The notes beneath the pieces are model-generated. The model searched no databases and had not been told where the DNA came from. It saw nothing but the letters and a program-made list of their open reading frames with translations. A stretch of DNA of 64,000 nt from an uncultured virus (IMG/VR IMGVR_UViG_3300047458_000106). Lineage: Duplodnaviria; Heunggongvirae; Uroviricota; Caudoviricetes. Where the stretch lies: the IMG/VR virus record IMGVR_UViG_3300047458_000106; one strand, given 5' to 3'. Below are positions 17,066 through 27,673 of this stretch, in pieces; within the stretch, counting starts at the first letter, position 1, and each line of letters opens with the position of its first letter. Position numbers and translations under genes: made by a program.

Positions 17066-17743
17066 ATGGAACTAAGTGACCAAACGATAGGTGTATTAAG
17101 AAATTATGCAACTATCAACCCGAACATCGTTGTCGAATCGGGTAATCAAATAAAGACTATTTCTGTAGCAAGAAATGTTCTTTCATCGGCAACAATTCAA
17201 GAGTCATTCCCACAAGGGTTTGGCATATATGATTTAGGTGAATTTCTAAACGTCTTAGATTTAGTAGATGGTGCGAATCTTTCATTTGAATCTGATTATG
17301 TAACTATCGGTGACAAGACTGGTCGTTCTGCAGTAAAGTATTACTATAGCGACCCAGATATGTTAACTTCATCTGGTAAAGACGTTGTTATGCCAGAAGC
17401 AGAAGTTAATTTTACACTAGATAGTGATACACTTGCAAGAGTTCGTAAGGCCGCTGGTGTTTTAGGGCATAGTGAATTGTCTATCTCTAATACTCAGGGC
17501 GCAGTAAGATTATCAATTGCTGATATATCAAATGCAACTTCGAACTTGTTTAGCATAGATGTTGAAGGTACTTACCCTGAAGGTGTAAACTTCAACTTTA
17601 TAATGAATGTGAATAATTTAAAAGTTATTGATGAAGACTTTCATGTAGCAATCTCTTCAAAATTAATTTCACAATTCACAAGTACTCAGAGTGACATAGA
17701 ATATTTTATTGCACTTGAGAAATCTTCAACATACGGAGCATAA
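17066..17743 (+). CDS. g45: Sliding clamp (gp45)
   Basis: L.NYATIN, FGIYDL.EFL, YFIALE; synteny. Confidence 0.93.
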   Translation: MELSDQTIGVLRNYATINPNIVVESGNQIKTISVARNVLSSATIQESFPQGFGIYDLGEFLNVLDLVDGANLSFESDYVTIGDKTGRSAVKYYYSDPDMLTSSGKDVVMPEAEVNFTLDSDTLARVRKAAGVLGHSELSISNTQGAVRLSIADISNATSNLFSIDVEGTYPEGVNFNFIMNVNNLKVIDEDFHVAISSKLISQFTSTQSDIEYFIALEKSSTYGA

Positions 17744-17744
17744 A

Positions 17745-17972
17745 ATGGCAAAACCAGTACCTGAAAAGAAAGAAGAAGACCACTCGCAAATATACGAAGT
17801 ATCAAATAGAGTTGCACGTTCAACAGTAGCAGTCATTGATACAGTAGTACAAAGAGGTGGTTTCAAAGGAGAAGAGTTGACAACTATAGGTCAACTTAGA
17901 GACCAAGCAACTCAGATTATACAATTGTGCGAACAATTTCAATCTAAGCAAGGTCTTGACAAGTCTAGTTAG
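17745..17972 (+). CDS. Hypothetical protein
   Basis: GGAG SD; QRGGFKGEELT motif. Confidence 0.7.
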   Translation: MAKPVPEKKEEDHSQIYEVSNRVARSTVAVIDTVVQRGGFKGEELTTIGQLRDQATQIIQLCEQFQSKQGLDKSS

Positions 17973-18083
17973 ACCTGTTATAATACTCTTTTTTAATTTC
18001 GAGAGTTGTAAGCACATTGCTAGGTGTCACAGTAATATTATACACAACGCTTTCTTACAACTCTCACCTTTGAACTTTATATT

Positions 18084-19019
18084 ATGAATGATGATTTCTT
18101 ATGGGTCGAGAAGTATCGACCAAAAACTGTCGAACAGACAATACTTCAAAAACAACTAAAAGATACATTTACTAAGATTGTTGAATCTGGTGAAATACCA
18201 AATATGTTATTCACTGGTACTGCAGGTCTTGGTAAGACAACTGTAGCAAAAGCAATATGCGAACAACTTCAACTTGATTACATTGTTATCAATGGGTCAG
18301 AAGAAGGTAACATAGATACACTTCGTGGTAAGATAAAACAGTTTGCATCTTCTATCTCATTACAGGGTGGTTACAAAGTAGTCATACTAGATGAAGCAGA
18401 CTATTTGAATCCACAATCAACTCAACCAGCACTTCGTGGTTTCATCGAAGAGTTTTCTCAGAACTGTAGATTTATTCTCACATGTAATTTTAAGAATCGT
18501 GTGATTGAACCACTACATTCAAGATGTGGTGTTTATGAGTTTAATACTGATAAGAAAACTATGGCACAATTGTGTATGCAATTTATGAAACGTCTTGAAG
18601 ATATTCTTACTCAAGAAAATATTAAATACAATAAAGATGTAATTGCAGAACTTATTAGTAAACATGCACCAGATTGGCGTAGAGTTTTAAATGAGTGTCA
18701 ACGTAACTCTATTGGTGGCACAATTGATGCAGAAGTTTTAATAAGACAAGATGACAGTTTCAATGATTTATATCCTGCCTTGAAAGCAAAAGATTTCAAA
18801 CGTATGCGAACATGGGTTGTAAACAATATTGATATTGACCCAGTGGCAATTATTCGTGGTGTCTATGATACTATGCACGAGAATGTCAAACCAGAAAGTA
18901 TACCACAACTTGTAATTATACTTGCTGATTATCAATACAAAAATTCTTTTGTTGCTGACCATGAACTAAATATGGTAGCATGTTTGACAGAGATTATGGC
19001 AAATGTTGAGTTTAAGTAA
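18084..19019 (+). CDS. g44: Clamp loader large subunit (gp44)
   Basis: WVEKYRP, GTAGLGKT, DEAD, SRC; promoter at 17956-17984. Confidence 0.96.
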   Translation: MNDDFLWVEKYRPKTVEQTILQKQLKDTFTKIVESGEIPNMLFTGTAGLGKTTVAKAICEQLQLDYIVINGSEEGNIDTLRGKIKQFASSISLQGGYKVVILDEADYLNPQSTQPALRGFIEEFSQNCRFILTCNFKNRVIEPLHSRCGVYEFNTDKKTMAQLCMQFMKRLEDILTQENIKYNKDVIAELISKHAPDWRRVLNECQRNSIGGTIDAEVLIRQDDSFNDLYPALKAKDFKRMRTWVVNNIDIDPVAIIRGVYDTMHENVKPESIPQLVIILADYQYKNSFVADHELNMVACLTEIMANVEFK

Positions 19020-19494
19020 ACTTGAAATAACACACAAAGACTTGATTATAAATCATATTCAAGAAAATGGCCATCGTGACCAAACAAGAACAAACATAAA
19101 TATCACTAGAATACTTGGTGGTAAAATATGGCAACCAGTATATGATTCGGAAAATTACAATAAAGAAATACCACTTTCTTGGACTATAACGACAAATGAA
19201 ATTGAAAATCATGTTAAAATGAAAGTTATAAAAATGTGGGCAACTGAGTATTCTGGTGGTCAAGGTTGTAAGTTTCATACTCATAGAAATGAACGTGCTG
19301 ATATGACTGCAGTATATTATTTAAAAGTTGGCGATGAATCAGGCAGTTTAGTTTTTCCAGATGAAGGTATAACAATAGAACCTAGAGAGAATTATTTTGT
19401 ATTATTTGATACTAATTTAGTTCATGGCGTTGAACCATCATTAGATGGTAGAATATGTTTATCAATGAATTTTAAAAATAATGAATCCATTTAA
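19003..19494 (+). CDS. Putative 2OG-Fe(II) oxygenase-like protein
   Basis: HTH...AVYY...HGV...R.C.S.N pattern. Confidence 0.7.
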   Translation: MLSLSKLEITHKDLIINHIQENGHRDQTRTNINITRILGGKIWQPVYDSENYNKEIPLSWTITTNEIENHVKMKVIKMWATEYSGGQGCKFHTHRNERADMTAVYYLKVGDESGSLVFPDEGITIEPRENYFVLFDTNLVHGVEPSLDGRICLSMNFKNNESI

Positions 19495-19858
19495 ATATTT
19501 AAACGAAATCAACTATGGTAAAAGAAATATCATGGTAGATGAAGAGACAGAAAAAGCATATGCACCTTTTATAATTAATAGGTCATTGTCTTACTTTCCT
19601 GATACTGTCGCACTTGCTAACGAAATGAATAGATATGGCCACTTAGAATCACGTCTACAATTCGCATTTCTTATAAATACTATTAGAAAGAGAAAACGAT
19701 TTAGTAAATGGATTAAACCAGAAATCGAAAATGATGTTGAAGTGGTGAAAGAATACTATGGATATAGCAATGAAAAAGCAAGACAAGTTATTCAACTACT
19801 TACACCTCAACAATTAGATGTATTAAGAAAGAAGGTGAGTAAAGGTGGAAGAAAATAA
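19481..19858 (+). CDS. g62: Clamp loader small subunit (gp62)
   Basis: Y.PFIINRSLSYF.DT, YYGYSNEKA. Confidence 0.93.
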   Translation: MNPFKYLNEINYGKRNIMVDEETEKAYAPFIINRSLSYFPDTVALANEMNRYGHLESRLQFAFLINTIRKRKRFSKWIKPEIENDVEVVKEYYGYSNEKARQVIQLLTPQQLDVLRKKVSKGGRK

Positions 19859-20258
19859 TATAGTAACGTGGTCACCTGCAGATATGTTAGAAGTAACAAT
19901 TGCAGAACCAGATGACTTTTTAAAAGTAAGAGAAACATTAACACGTATCGGTGTTGCATCAAGAAAAGAAAACAAATTATTTCAATCGTGTCATATATTA
20001 CATAAACAAGGTAGATACTTTATAGTACACTTTAAAGAGTTGTTTATGCTAGACGGAAAGAAATCTAATTTAGAGCAATCAGATTTAGAACGTAGAAATA
20101 CTATAGCAACATTGCTAAGTGATTGGGGATTAATTCAAATACAAAATACAGAACAAGTAAAAGAATGTAGTTCTCTAAAACAAATTAAAATAATACCTTT
20201 TAAAGAAAAGAATGAATGGGAACTTTGCCCAAAATATAACATCGGCAATACAAAATAA
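19845..20258 (+). CDS. regA: RegA translational repressor
   Basis: DDFLKVRETLTRIG, SCHILHKQGRYFIVHFKELF. Confidence 0.96.
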   Translation: MEENNIVTWSPADMLEVTIAEPDDFLKVRETLTRIGVASRKENKLFQSCHILHKQGRYFIVHFKELFMLDGKKSNLEQSDLERRNTIATLLSDWGLIQIQNTEQVKECSSLKQIKIIPFKEKNEWELCPKYNIGNTK

Positions 20259-20697
20259 TCGTGTTTTCGAAACAAGTATTGACCCTAAACTAATCAATCA
20301 AAACTGGACTACAATCGTTAACATGATTGATAGTCACCCTAACGATTTAGTTAAAAGAGAACCTAATAAAAATAGAATCATGTTAAATGATTTACATCAA
20401 AGACAATCTGTTAAACCTATTGTAAAAACAATTATTTCTTTATTGCAAGACATTTGTCCAAACAAAACAATTACAAATATTGCATTTATGGGTTTTGGTA
20501 AACATGAAAGTTATCCATTACACAGAGATAATATGGACGTTTTATTACTACAAGTAAAAGGTCGTATCAAGTTAGCAGTAGAAGAAATAGATAAAGTTAT
20601 GATGCCAGGCGATATTGTTTACATACCTAGAGGTACTGACCACGAAATAACGCCATTACAATCTCGTGTAACTTATTCTTTTGGAATTGAAGGTTAA
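20212..20697 (+). CDS. JmjC/cupin-like Fe(II) oxygenase
   Basis: HRD..DVLLLQVKG...PGD.VYIPRG..H; start uncertain. Confidence 0.7.
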   Translation: MNGNFAQNITSAIQNNRVFETSIDPKLINQNWTTIVNMIDSHPNDLVKREPNKNRIMLNDLHQRQSVKPIVKTIISLLQDICPNKTITNIAFMGFGKHESYPLHRDNMDVLLLQVKGRIKLAVEEIDKVMMPGDIVYIPRGTDHEITPLQSRVTYSFGIEG

Positions 20698-20912
20698 CAG
20701 ATGCCTGCTTGTTTTGAAGTACGAACTATCTTTACACCTCTACGAATCAATTCATTACGAATCTTTTGTTTCTTTTTATTTGGCGTAGAATCATTATTAA
20801 GTGCTGAAAACAATTCATTCTGAGGCACTTGTTTAAGATAATAATGTTTTACACTTATTTTTTTAGTTGCTCTATCAACAATTTTTTCTGTAGGTTTAAA
20901 CTTTGCTGGCAT
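20694..20912 (-). CDS. Small basic hypothetical protein
   Basis: 72-aa ORF. Confidence 0.65.
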   Translation of the reverse strand: MPAKFKPTEKIVDRATKKISVKHYYLKQVPQNELFSALNNDSTPNKKKQKIRNELIRRGVKIVRTSKQAGIC

Positions 20913-20928
20913 TTTTTTACTCTAGGGG

Positions 20929-21015
20929 TTGAAATTTAGAAATTCATACACATATATATAATAGTAGTATGTGCGAATGGTTCGGCATACACATAAACTT
21001 GCTTAATATTAGGAG
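20929..21015 (+). promoter_or_regulatory. sigma32-like promoter and ROSE-like RNA thermometer of hsp20
   Basis: TTGAAA-N13-ACACATAT; leader hairpin 20967-20990; CTTGCT (20998-21003) opposite AGGAG SD (21011-21015). Confidence 0.6.
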
Positions 21016-21020
21016 TTAAT

Positions 21021-21431
21021 ATGACACAAATAGAAGCATTTGGTCAATTCAGACCATTCTCGGTGGGATTCGATTCTATCTTTGATACTTTACAAAGAGT
21101 ATCGGTTCCTCAATCAAACTATCCTCCATATAACATCGTCAAGAAAGGCGAAAGTTATTTTGTTGAACTTGCAGTTGCAGGTTTTCAAAAGAAGGATATC
21201 AACATCGAAGTAGAAGATTCTTCACTTAAGATATCTGTTATCGCTAAGTCAGAAGACAAATTTGCTGAAATAATACACAAAGGTATTTCAACAAAAGACT
21301 TTGTAAAAACTTTTGCACTTGCAGAGTTTGTCGAAGTAAAATCTGCTGAACTTGATGATGGTATATTATCAATTGAATTGATAAAAAATATACCTGAAGA
21401 GAAAAAACCTAAAACTATTAAAATTAAATAA
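21021..21431 (+). CDS. hsp20: Small heat-shock protein (IbpA/Hsp20)
   Basis: NYPPYNI, ELAVAGF, HKGIS, A.L.DGIL.I. Confidence 0.95.
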   Translation: MTQIEAFGQFRPFSVGFDSIFDTLQRVSVPQSNYPPYNIVKKGESYFVELAVAGFQKKDINIEVEDSSLKISVIAKSEDKFAEIIHKGISTKDFVKTFALAEFVEVKSAELDDGILSIELIKNIPEEKKPKTIKIK

Positions 21432-21515
21432 TAGTATTTGTGTCAAGGGGTAGAAATATCCCTTGACATTTTCTGTTCAACCTAGTATAATACACAATAA
21501 CTACAGGATTATATT

Positions 21516-23984
21516 ATGAATTTTTATACTAACGTAACTCGTTATGGCAATAGTTTGCTCTATATGGGTTACAAAGGTGGACAAAGAGTCAAGCAAAGAA
21601 TTCCATTCAAACCAAAATTATACATTTCAACATCTAAACCAAAAACTGGTTATCAAACTTTAGACAATATTTTAGTAGAACCAATTGAGTTTGATTCTAT
21701 GAAAGATGCAACAGAATTTGTAAAGAGATATGAACATGTAGATGACTTTACAGTTTATGGTATGAATAATTATGTTTCACAATTTATTGCACAAAAATAT
21801 CCAGAAGAAATTAAATTTAATCGTGATGATATATCTGTCACAACAATTGATATTGAATGTCAATCAGACCAAGGTTTCCCTGAACCACATTTAGCAGAAT
21901 GGCCCATTACTGCAATCACAATCAAGAACAGTAAAGAAAATGTTTATCGCACATGGGGTTTTAATGAATTTAATCCAGCAGACAATGTAGTTTATATACA
22001 ATGTAAAAACGAAGCGGCCCTGCTTCACAAATTTCTAGAGTATTGGAAAGATAACTATCCAGATATTGTCACTGGTTGGAATAGTATTGGTTTTGATATG
22101 GTATACATCGTCAATAGAATTAGAAAAGTTTATGGTGAAGAAGAAATTAAAAAACTATCACCCTGGGGTAATGTCAAAGAAGACAATAGAAAAGATAAGT
22201 TTACTGGTAATACTAATTATGCATATGACATTATGGGCATAACTCAACTTGACTATTTAGAATTATATAAGAAGTTTACATATGTGCAACAAGAAATGTA
22301 TTCATTAAATCATATTGCACACGTAGAACTTGGTGAAGGTAAGTTATCATATGAAGACCAAGGCAGTTTGTTTTCATTATATAAAAATGATTATCAAAAG
22401 TTTATTGAATACAATATTAAAGACGTTGAATTAGTTGATAGATTCGAAGAAAAGTTAGGTCTTATTACATTAGCATTGACTATGGCATATCGTGGTGGTG
22501 TGAACTACAGAGACGTGCTAGGCACGACAATGATATGGGACACTATTATCTATCGCATACTCGAACAGAATAAAGTTGTTTGTCCACCTAAAATAGAAAA
22601 GAGTAAATCAGATTTTGTTGGCGCATATGTCAAAGAACCTCAGATTGGTGCCCATGATTGGGTAGTATCATTTGACTTGAACTCACTATATCCTAATATT
22701 ATCGTTCAGAATAATATGTCACCCGAAACTGTAGTTGATGGATTAGTCGATACGTCTATTGAACATATGTTAAGAAAACAAACAGACATTGATACAACAT
22801 ATGCAACTACACCAAATGGTGCAAGATTTAAAAAAGATAGACAAGGTGTAATCCCATTTGTTATTCAGAAATATTATGAAGAACGTGTAGAGATTAAAAA
22901 AGAAATGTTGAAGTTACAACAAGAGTATGAGACTACACCAACAAAAGCATTATCAAATAAGATATCGCATCTGTACAATGAACAAATGGCAATTAAGATT
23001 TTAATGAACTCACTTTATGGTGCATTAGGCAATCGTTGGTTTAGATACTTTGACCAACGTGTTGCAGAATCTATCACAATGTCAGGTCAGTTAGCAATTC
23101 TTTGGGCAGAACGAACTGTCAATAAAGAAATGAATAAGTTATTAGAAACAGATGAAGAAGATTATGTCATAGCAATTGACACAGATTCACTATACATTCG
23201 TATGGGTGAACTCGTCCAGAAATTCAATCCTAAAAATCCTGTTAAGTTTCTGGACGAGATATCTAAAACTCATTTTGAAAAAGTCTTAACAGATTCATAT
23301 CAAGAGTTCGCAGATTATTCTGGTGCAATGAGTAATCGTATGGAAATGGGTAGAGAAGTTATTGCAGACAAGGGTATCTGGCAGGCAAAGAAAAGATATA
23401 TTCTAAATGTACATAACTCAGAAGGTGTTCAATATGCAAAACCAAAACTAAAAATTATGGGCATTGAAGCAATTAAATCTTCTACACCAGAATTAGTTCG
23501 TAACAAAATGAAAGAGTTGTTTCCTATCTTAGTTGGTAAAACTCAAGATGAAGCACAAAGTTTTGTTGCAGATTTTCGTAAAGAGTTTAGTGAAATACGC
23601 CCAGAAGATATTGCATTTCCTCGTGGTGTTCGTCATGTAAAAAAATACAAAGACAACAAAAACATTTATACCAAAGGCACACCAATACATTCTAGAGGCA
23701 GTTTGCTACATAATCATTACGTAGAAAAACACCAATTGACTAAAAGATATGAAATGATTGGTAATGGTGAAAAGATTAAATTTTGTTATCTAAAAACACC
23801 AAACCCAATTAATGAAAATGTTATTTCTTTTAAAATGAGATTACCAGAAGAGTTTAATTTGCATAAATACATTGACTATGATACAATGTTTGAAAAAACT
23901 TTTCTTGAACCGCTTGAACCAATCTTCGATGCAATTGATTGGTCGGCAGAACCAAAAGCATCGTTGGAGAGTTTCTTTGAATAG
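21516..23984 (+). CDS. g43: Family B DNA polymerase (gp43)
   Basis: DIE exo, [20 protein letters not shown]; promoter 21463-21491. Confidence 0.97.
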   Translation: MNFYTNVTRYGNSLLYMGYKGGQRVKQRIPFKPKLYISTSKPKTGYQTLDNILVEPIEFDSMKDATEFVKRYEHVDDFTVYGMNNYVSQFIAQKYPEEIKFNRDDISVTTIDIECQSDQGFPEPHLAEWPITAITIKNSKENVYRTWGFNEFNPADNVVYIQCKNEAALLHKFLEYWKDNYPDIVTGWNSIGFDMVYIVNRIRKVYGEEEIKKLSPWGNVKEDNRKDKFTGNTNYAYDIMGITQLDYLELYKKFTYVQQEMYSLNHIAHVELGEGKLSYEDQGSLFSLYKNDYQKFIEYNIKDVELVDRFEEKLGLITLALTMAYRGGVNYRDVLGTTMIWDTIIYRILEQNKVVCPPKIEKSKSDFVGAYVKEPQIGAHDWVVSFDLNSLYPNIIVQNNMSPETVVDGLVDTSIEHMLRKQTDIDTTYATTPNGARFKKDRQGVIPFVIQKYYEERVEIKKEMLKLQQEYETTPTKALSNKISHLYNEQMAIKILMNSLYGALGNRWFRYFDQRVAESITMSGQLAILWAERTVNKEMNKLLETDEEDYVIAIDTDSLYIRMGELVQKFNPKNPVKFLDEISKTHFEKVLTDSYQEFADYSGAMSNRMEMGREVIADKGIWQAKKRYILNVHNSEGVQYAKPKLKIMGIEAIKSSTPELVRNKMKELFPILVGKTQDEAQSFVADFRKEFSEIRPEDIAFPRGVRHVKKYKDNKNIYTKGTPIHSRGSLLHNHYVEKHQLTKRYEMIGNGEKIKFCYLKTPNPINENVISFKMRLPEEFNLHKYIDYDTMFEKTFLEPLEPIFDAIDWSAEPKASLESFFE

Positions 23985-23993
23985 GGGTTAAGG

Positions 23994-24173
23994 ATGACCG
24001 AATTTATTTTAATGACATTAGTATTTTTATGTATTATTTTAATGATAGGGGAGAATTCAAACCCTAGGGGTATGAACATTTTTTGGTATAAAGTTGGTGT
24101 AAAAACAAGAGAATATTGGAAAGCACTTAGAGAATATGATTCAGGTAATAATAAAGGTAACGGACCGAGGTAA
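23994..24173 (+). CDS. 59-aa protein with N-terminal hydrophobic segment
   Basis: Hand-translated MTEFILMTLVFLCIILMIGENS... Confidence 0.55.
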   Translation: MTEFILMTLVFLCIILMIGENSNPRGMNIFWYKVGVKTREYWKALREYDSGNNKGNGPR

Positions 24174-24175
24174 TT

Positions 24176-24511
24176 ATGGCATCAGTACATGAAATGATTT
24201 ATATGAAGATGACTAACGGAGAGTACATCTATGGTACTAATTTAGATATTGGTAAGTATAGTGTCAAACACAACTGCGAATGTGAACATGAGTTTGACCA
24301 CGTACCACCATGTAAGTTAGAAGGTCAAGGTGGATATTCAGAAGGTTCGAAAGCATTTAAATATGTTGGCACAGAACACGACCCTATGTCTGCTTCTCAT
24401 GGAGTTGCTGAACAAAAAGAAGGTGTCGATGCTTATGGTGAAAAATACTTGTATAAAACTAATGGTTGGGATTACAAGACTGGTGAATTAATTGACGAGG
24501 AAAAATGGTAG
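24176..24511 (+). CDS. Hypothetical protein
   Basis: GAGG SD; 111 aa. Confidence 0.7.
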   Translation: MASVHEMIYMKMTNGEYIYGTNLDIGKYSVKHNCECEHEFDHVPPCKLEGQGGYSEGSKAFKYVGTEHDPMSASHGVAEQKEGVDAYGEKYLYKTNGWDYKTGELIDEEKW

Positions 24512-24660
24512 AGTGGATTGAAGCAATATTACAAATAATAGGTATACTAACTGTAGTATATTTATTTACTATATGGGGACTCAGTGGTGGTTTCAAAAGA
24601 TTTTTTACTTTCAAAAAGAAAGAAAAAGATGATGTAAATAGTGGAGCGAAGTTTGGGTAA
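24505..24660 (+). CDS. 51-aa membrane peptide
   Basis: GAGG SD; MVEWIEAILQIIGILTVVYLFTIWGLSGGF... Confidence 0.55.
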   Translation: MVEWIEAILQIIGILTVVYLFTIWGLSGGFKRFFTFKKKEKDDVNSGAKFG

Positions 24661-24802
24661 TTTTACAAAAAAACAAAAAAAGTTACAAGAAGAACACGAA
24701 AAACGAATGGCCAAATATCGCAAGATATGGAAAGAACAAGGTTGTATGCACTGGAGAGATTCTTCTGATTGACAATTATTGTTATATTATGTATAATAAT
24801 AG

Positions 24803-25759
24803 GTGATGTATAGTTTAACAATATTCAAAAATACTTATGATAATAAGACTCATAGAACTATGAGTTTTGATTCATGGGATAAATTTGAAGAGTTGCTATA
24901 CAAATTATCTAATGAACGAGGTGCAAAAGGTGGAAATAATAGTTCTGCTCTTATTAGTCCTGCTAGGTTTGACGAAGGTCGGACAAGAAGTAATAAGAGT
25001 GTTAATAAATGGGGTGCTTGGTCTTGTCTTGATGTTGATAGTTATATACTTGCTGATACATCTGGCGATGTTCTTGTGCAATTAAAAAAAGAGTTGTATG
25101 AAAAGTTTGGTGCTTATCATTATGTATGTTATAGTACTGCATCATCTACAGAAAAACGACCAAAGTTTCGTTTAGTCTTTCCTCTTACTAAAGAAGTAGA
25201 TGCGAAGGACTTATCACATTTCTGGTTTGCGATGAACAAACAATTCAAAGAAATTGGTGACGAACAAACAAAAGACCTTGCCCGTATGTATTATGTTCCT
25301 GCACAATACCCAAATGCATTTAATTTTATCTTTACTAACGATGGTGTCAAACTTGACCCAGAAATGTTAATGGAGAAACATTCTTATATTGAAAACAAGG
25401 GTGTAAACTTTCTAGATAGATTACCACCAGAATTACAGAAAGCAGTTGTTGAACATCGTAAAAGCAAACTAAATAATACCAACGTCAATTGGTCTAGTTA
25501 TAGAGATTGTCCTTTCTGGTCAAAGAAACTTGAAACAGAATATCGAACTATAACAGAAAGTGGTTGGTATTATAAAATGTATCAGATTATGGTCGCAACA
25601 TCTGGTAATGCAGTATCGAAAGGTTACCCAATTACTGCTCAACAAGTCGCAACTCTATGCAAAGAGTTTGATGCAGAAACTGGTGGTTGGTATAAAAACA
25701 GAGATATGGTACGAGAAGCAGATAGGGCCTTAGAATATGTCTACAGAAACAGAAGTTAA
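24803..25759 (+). CDS. Putative AEP-superfamily primase (Prim-Pol-like)
   Basis: LDVD, YSTASS...PKFRLV.PL, D...D..R.YY.P; own promoter 24769-24797. Confidence 0.6.
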   Translation: MMYSLTIFKNTYDNKTHRTMSFDSWDKFEELLYKLSNERGAKGGNNSSALISPARFDEGRTRSNKSVNKWGAWSCLDVDSYILADTSGDVLVQLKKELYEKFGAYHYVCYSTASSTEKRPKFRLVFPLTKEVDAKDLSHFWFAMNKQFKEIGDEQTKDLARMYYVPAQYPNAFNFIFTNDGVKLDPEMLMEKHSYIENKGVNFLDRLPPELQKAVVEHRKSKLNNTNVNWSSYRDCPFWSKKLETEYRTITESGWYYKMYQIMVATSGNAVSKGYPITAQQVATLCKEFDAETGGWYKNRDMVREADRALEYVYRNRS

Positions 25760-26705
25760 CTACGTGAAAATTTTAGTTACAGGTGGAGCAGGATTTATCG
25801 GCAGTCATTTGATGAATTCTTTACTAACAGAAGAATATGATTTGTATTGTGTTGGTATTGATAACTTTAATAACTATTACGACCCACAAATAAAAGAAGA
25901 TAGATGTGATGCTTTTGGATTAGAAATAAGAAATTGTGATTTAAATGACTTTGAAAAACTAGATTATCTTTTTCAGGATTATGAACCAGATATTGTCGTA
26001 CATTTAGCGGCACGTGCTGGAGTTCGCCAAAGTGTCGGCAACGAACACTTGTATCACAGAGATAATATAGATGGCACACAAAATTTAATTAACGTATGTA
26101 AGTTACATAACGTCACTAAAGTAATTTATGCATCAACATCATCTGTTTATAGTGGCACAAAAACATTGCCATGGACAGAAGAGATAGTTCAACCACATCA
26201 AAAGAATCCATATGCATATACTAAGTATGTAAATGAATGTCAATTTAAAATGTCTGGTTTACATAATATAGGTCTAAGATTTTTTACAGTATATGGTCCA
26301 TGGGGTAGACCAGATATGGCATTGTATGATATGACAAAAAATATCGTTGCTGGTAATCCTGTTAGAGCATTTAATTGGGGTCTCATGAAAAGAGACTTTA
26401 CGTATATATCTGACATAATCTCTGGTATTAAATTATGTATCTTTAATCAAGATATACCTTCAAATGAAATTTTTAATATTGGTAGAGGCAGACAAGTCGA
26501 CCTAATGCATTTTATAAATAGAATAGGAATTGAATTGAATAGGAAACCAGATATTATAAAAACACCACCTCACCCTGCAGACGTAATCGAAACTTGGAGT
26601 AATACATCTAAGATTGAAAAGATTGGATATCAACCAGTAGTTGATATCGAAGAAGGTGTTGCAGAGTTTGTAAGTTGGTACAAAGATTATCATGAGGTTA
26701 ATTAA
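25737..26705 (+). CDS. NAD-dependent sugar epimerase (UDP-glucuronate 4-epimerase/WcaG-like)
   Basis: TGGAGFIG, HLAARAGVR, YAYTK, RFFTVYGPWGRPDMA. Confidence 0.92.
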   Translation: MSTETEVNYVKILVTGGAGFIGSHLMNSLLTEEYDLYCVGIDNFNNYYDPQIKEDRCDAFGLEIRNCDLNDFEKLDYLFQDYEPDIVVHLAARAGVRQSVGNEHLYHRDNIDGTQNLINVCKLHNVTKVIYASTSSVYSGTKTLPWTEEIVQPHQKNPYAYTKYVNECQFKMSGLHNIGLRFFTVYGPWGRPDMALYDMTKNIVAGNPVRAFNWGLMKRDFTYISDIISGIKLCIFNQDIPSNEIFNIGRGRQVDLMHFINRIGIELNRKPDIIKTPPHPADVIETWSNTSKIEKIGYQPVVDIEEGVAEFVSWYKDYHEVN

Positions 26706-26836
26706 TGAAATATAATAAAGAAGAATGGGATAATCTCGCATTTTGCATTAAGACAGAACAAATTTCACCACGTGATGTATATGCAATATTTAAAGATAAT
26801 CCAGAGTTTGAAGAATGGTACAAAAAGAAAAAGTAA
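26705..26836 (+). CDS. 43-aa hypothetical protein
   Basis: GAGG SD; MKYNKEEWDNLAFCIKTEQIS...F..NPEFEEWY. Confidence 0.55.
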   Translation: MKYNKEEWDNLAFCIKTEQISPRDVYAIFKDNPEFEEWYKKKK

Positions 26837-27672
26837 AAATAGGTATTGTTGGTTATGGATTTGTAGGTCAAGCAATTGACTATGCATTTACTCACGACTT
26901 AGTTGATAAGTTTTATGTTGACCCAAAATTAAATACCAACATTGACGAATTATGTAAATGGGACCCAGCATGTGTTTTCGTGTGTGCGCCAACACCAATG
27001 TCTGATAATGGAACAGTTGATGGTGCTATCGTAGAAGATGCAGTATTAAAAATAATTCAACACACAAATGCACTTGTTGTTATTAAATCAACAGTAACAC
27101 CAGATATTCTGACTAGATTATATAATTCAGTACATGACGATGATAAACTTAGAATCACACACAATCCAGAGTTTTTAACAGAAAATAATGCAAAAGAACA
27201 ATTTGTGACTTCTAGAATGAGAATTATTGGTGGACCAACAGAAGAATCTTGCCAAAGAATTATGTCACTCTATAATACGTTTAGTCTATGTATTAATCTT
27301 TCTTGGGTTAGTATGACACCACAAGAAGCGGCCATGGTAAAATATGGTGTGAATAGTTATCTTGGCATGAAAGTTACATTCATGAATCAAATATATGATA
27401 GTGCAAAAAAACAAAGTTTAAGTCCACAAAGAATAATCAATGGTATCTGTAACGATGATAGAATAGGTTTTGCACACTCTAGAGTTCCTGGGTATGATGG
27501 TAAACGTGGATTTGGTGGTGCATGTTTGCCAAAAGATATGAATGCAATTACTAAATTTGACGAAGACTTGACTTTGATTGCCGAGTCTGTTAAAATAAAC
27601 AACAAAATGCGAGAAGAGTATGAACTCGATGAACGAGAGAAATCTAACAACATAAATTTTGAGGATAAATAA
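26815..27672 (+). CDS. UDP-glucose/GDP-mannose dehydrogenase family
   Basis: GYGFVG, APTP, KSTV, NPEFL, GFGGACLPKD. Confidence 0.9.
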   Translation: MVQKEKVKIGIVGYGFVGQAIDYAFTHDLVDKFYVDPKLNTNIDELCKWDPACVFVCAPTPMSDNGTVDGAIVEDAVLKIIQHTNALVVIKSTVTPDILTRLYNSVHDDDKLRITHNPEFLTENNAKEQFVTSRMRIIGGPTEESCQRIMSLYNTFSLCINLSWVSMTPQEAAMVKYGVNSYLGMKVTFMNQIYDSAKKQSLSPQRIINGICNDDRIGFAHSRVPGYDGKRGFGGACLPKDMNAITKFDEDLTLIAESVKINNKMREEYELDEREKSNNINFEDK

Positions 27673-27673
27673 T

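Noticed and set aside
21516..23984. Intron or intein in g43 (also checked g41, nrdA, nrdB)
   Set aside because: The frames are continuous and of normal length, with no splicing motifs.
24641..24772. 43-codon GTG ORF; likewise 43315..43470 and 60333..60431
   Set aside because: Plausible small genes, but they have weak starts or overlaps and no motif.
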